From assembly GCA_964252035.1 (NCBI GenBank), contig OZ176208.1: DNA of 64,000 bases; one strand, given 5' to 3'. The notes beneath the pieces were generated by a model that saw nothing but the letters and a program-made list of their open reading frames with translations, did not search any database and was not told where the DNA came from. A program made the translations under genes and the position numbers. The DNA comes from Podarcis erhardii. Its lineage: Eukaryota. Positions 62,063-64,000 of this stretch are shown here, one piece after another. Every line of letters starts with the position of its first letter. The first letter of the stretch is position 1.

Positions 62063-63014
62063 CTGCTGATTTAATCAGCAGTTAGACTTTGTAATCTTTT
62101 TTTAATTATTTGGGATCAAAACTTCATACCTATAGTTCAACCATATTCAGCCCACTTATGTACTGTGAGGGTAGACTGGTAACTAGGTATTTTCCTCATC
62201 TTCAGTTCATCACATTTCTGCATCTCTGTCCCTTTTTTTCTTCAAACCTCATGAAAATTTGCCAGCATTTCTCCTAATACACATTTTTTTGCCTAATGTA
62301 TACGTAGCTCTCTGCAAGCAATTTTCCTAATATAATGTAATTTTGTGTGTGCTTCTCATCAATAAGTGCCTTTTGTGCACACTCCCCCCTAGTACACATA
62401 TTTCTCTATGTATATTTGGTTGGAAAAAACTATACTGCAAAATTCAGAAGTATGTGAATTTTGAAGGATAGGTGTGGATTGGTTTACAGATTGTTTCAGA
62501 AAGTTATCTAGGTCCACATTAAAATGCATACTAAATTGAATTTATACCCTGTTCTCACTGCTGTTCTCATTATTCTCACAGATCCATAGCTCAATAGAAT
62601 CTATAAGTTAAGGATGATGCTTGCAGGAAAAATTCCTATGAAATCTTATGTATAGATAATGCAATTTTTTTTTTTTAATGATCCCAATTTGTGTTAATAT
62701 CTAAGAATCTAGCATATGTTAGATTTTTTTTTTCCAAATACCAAAGAAACAAAACCAAAAACCCACAAGGAATAGTTACTGAGCCACAACATTTGTCCAC
62801 CTAGCTTAGTTTTGTCTACTCTGTTGAGCTGGCTGAAGCTCTTTGGAGCTTCAGAGAGCAGTTTTCCCTGGACCTACCTAGGATTGCTTGTGACTGAACC
62901 TTGGAGGACCTTCTGCATGCAGACTGTATGTTTAATGCTGAAACTTTGCTTATGCCAAGCAGATATTTTGTACCTTGGCTTTGGGGCTCATGTCTGCATC
63001 TTATGCAGAGAATT

Positions 63015-63142
63015 NNNNNNNNNNNNNNNNNNNNNNNNNNNNNNNNNNNNNNNNNNNNNNNNNNNNNNNNNNNNNNNNNNNNNNNNNNNNNNNNNNNNNN
63101 NNNNNNNNNNNNNNNNNNNNNNNNNNNNNNNNNNNNNNNNNN
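63015..63142. other. Assembly gap (128 N)
   Basis: Run of N. Confidence 1.
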
Positions 63143-64000
63143 AATACTTGCCTGTCCCAGTTTGTACAGCTAAAGAAACAAGGAGGCGACATGTCTGCCT
63201 AATACGTTTTTTGCACCGGAGGAAAGTGACTTCAAAATATACCACTTGTTAAGATATGGACCATGGATGAAAGATTGTCAAGTCATAAAGATGAACCGTG
63301 TTTAACATCCCACCTGACACTAGGATACAATGTACTCCCTACCCCCAATGGCTTTCAAAAAGAGGTGTCACTTAAAAGTTGAAGTGCTATCAGTCTGTCT
63401 GGGAAATGTCCATCTCAAGGCATTTTGCCGACTCTGAATTCTTGCCTGCTGCTGTCATCGGTTTAATAGGTTTATATCTCATCTCCAAGAATTATACACT
63501 AGCAGAATGGTTGAAGCTGGCCTGAAAGGAAGATGGGGAATGCTCTCAGTGCAATCCATTACTATCCTGTTTTAGAAATGTTTAAATGCCAGACTTTGCA
63601 GCATTATACAAATGGGAGACCGGCAGAAAATATTGAAGCTCTCAGATATCCATTATCTCAGAATGAAATAAGATGTAGAAGAAAGAGACTATAATAAAAT
63701 GTGCAGGCCACTCCCATCATCCCTGACCACTGGCCTTGCTGGCTAGGGGCCATGAGAGCTGGGAGTCCGAAGCATCTAGACGTTGGCTTCTCTTGAGTTA
63801 GGGGAAGGGTGCAACAATTCTACTTGCTACTCAAAACACCCGATGAAAGAATGGTTGGACTTGATGTGTTGTTACTAGGAGAATGGGGAAGATGGCTCAA
63901 ATACTGATTACTTAGTATTGGCAAACAATTATTGAAAATGCCTTATATGTTAAAATATTCCTAGAGTTTGCTTTGAGTACTGAAGCTAATGGCAAAAATG

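Overview
Repeat-rich, non-coding squamate DNA, most likely a lacertid lizard (inferred from Sauria/Squam1-, Squam2- and Squam3-type SINEs and from L2, CR1 and L1 remnants). I could not recognise any host protein-coding exon, so the window reads as a large intron or gene desert. The dominant feature is a very young, full-length Ty3/gypsy (Mag-like) LTR retrotransposon on the minus strand (8650-14870). It has a 5-bp TSD, a tRNA-Ser PBS, a PPT, an uninterrupted 1383-aa gag-pol ORF and LTRs identical at 348/349 nt. Its 5' LTR is split by a 1302-bp hAT-ended element with an 8-bp TSD. That element carries one end of a Tc1/mariner-type MITE and an array of alternating GC-rich hairpins whose orientation flips within the array. 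The insertion lies between the LTR TATA box and the AATAAA signal. Other points of interest: a TG..CA element with a 7-bp TSD, L2 copies with different microsatellite tails, and a few candidate regulatory elements. There are two assembly gaps. Family names come from my recall of consensus sequences and were not checked by database search.
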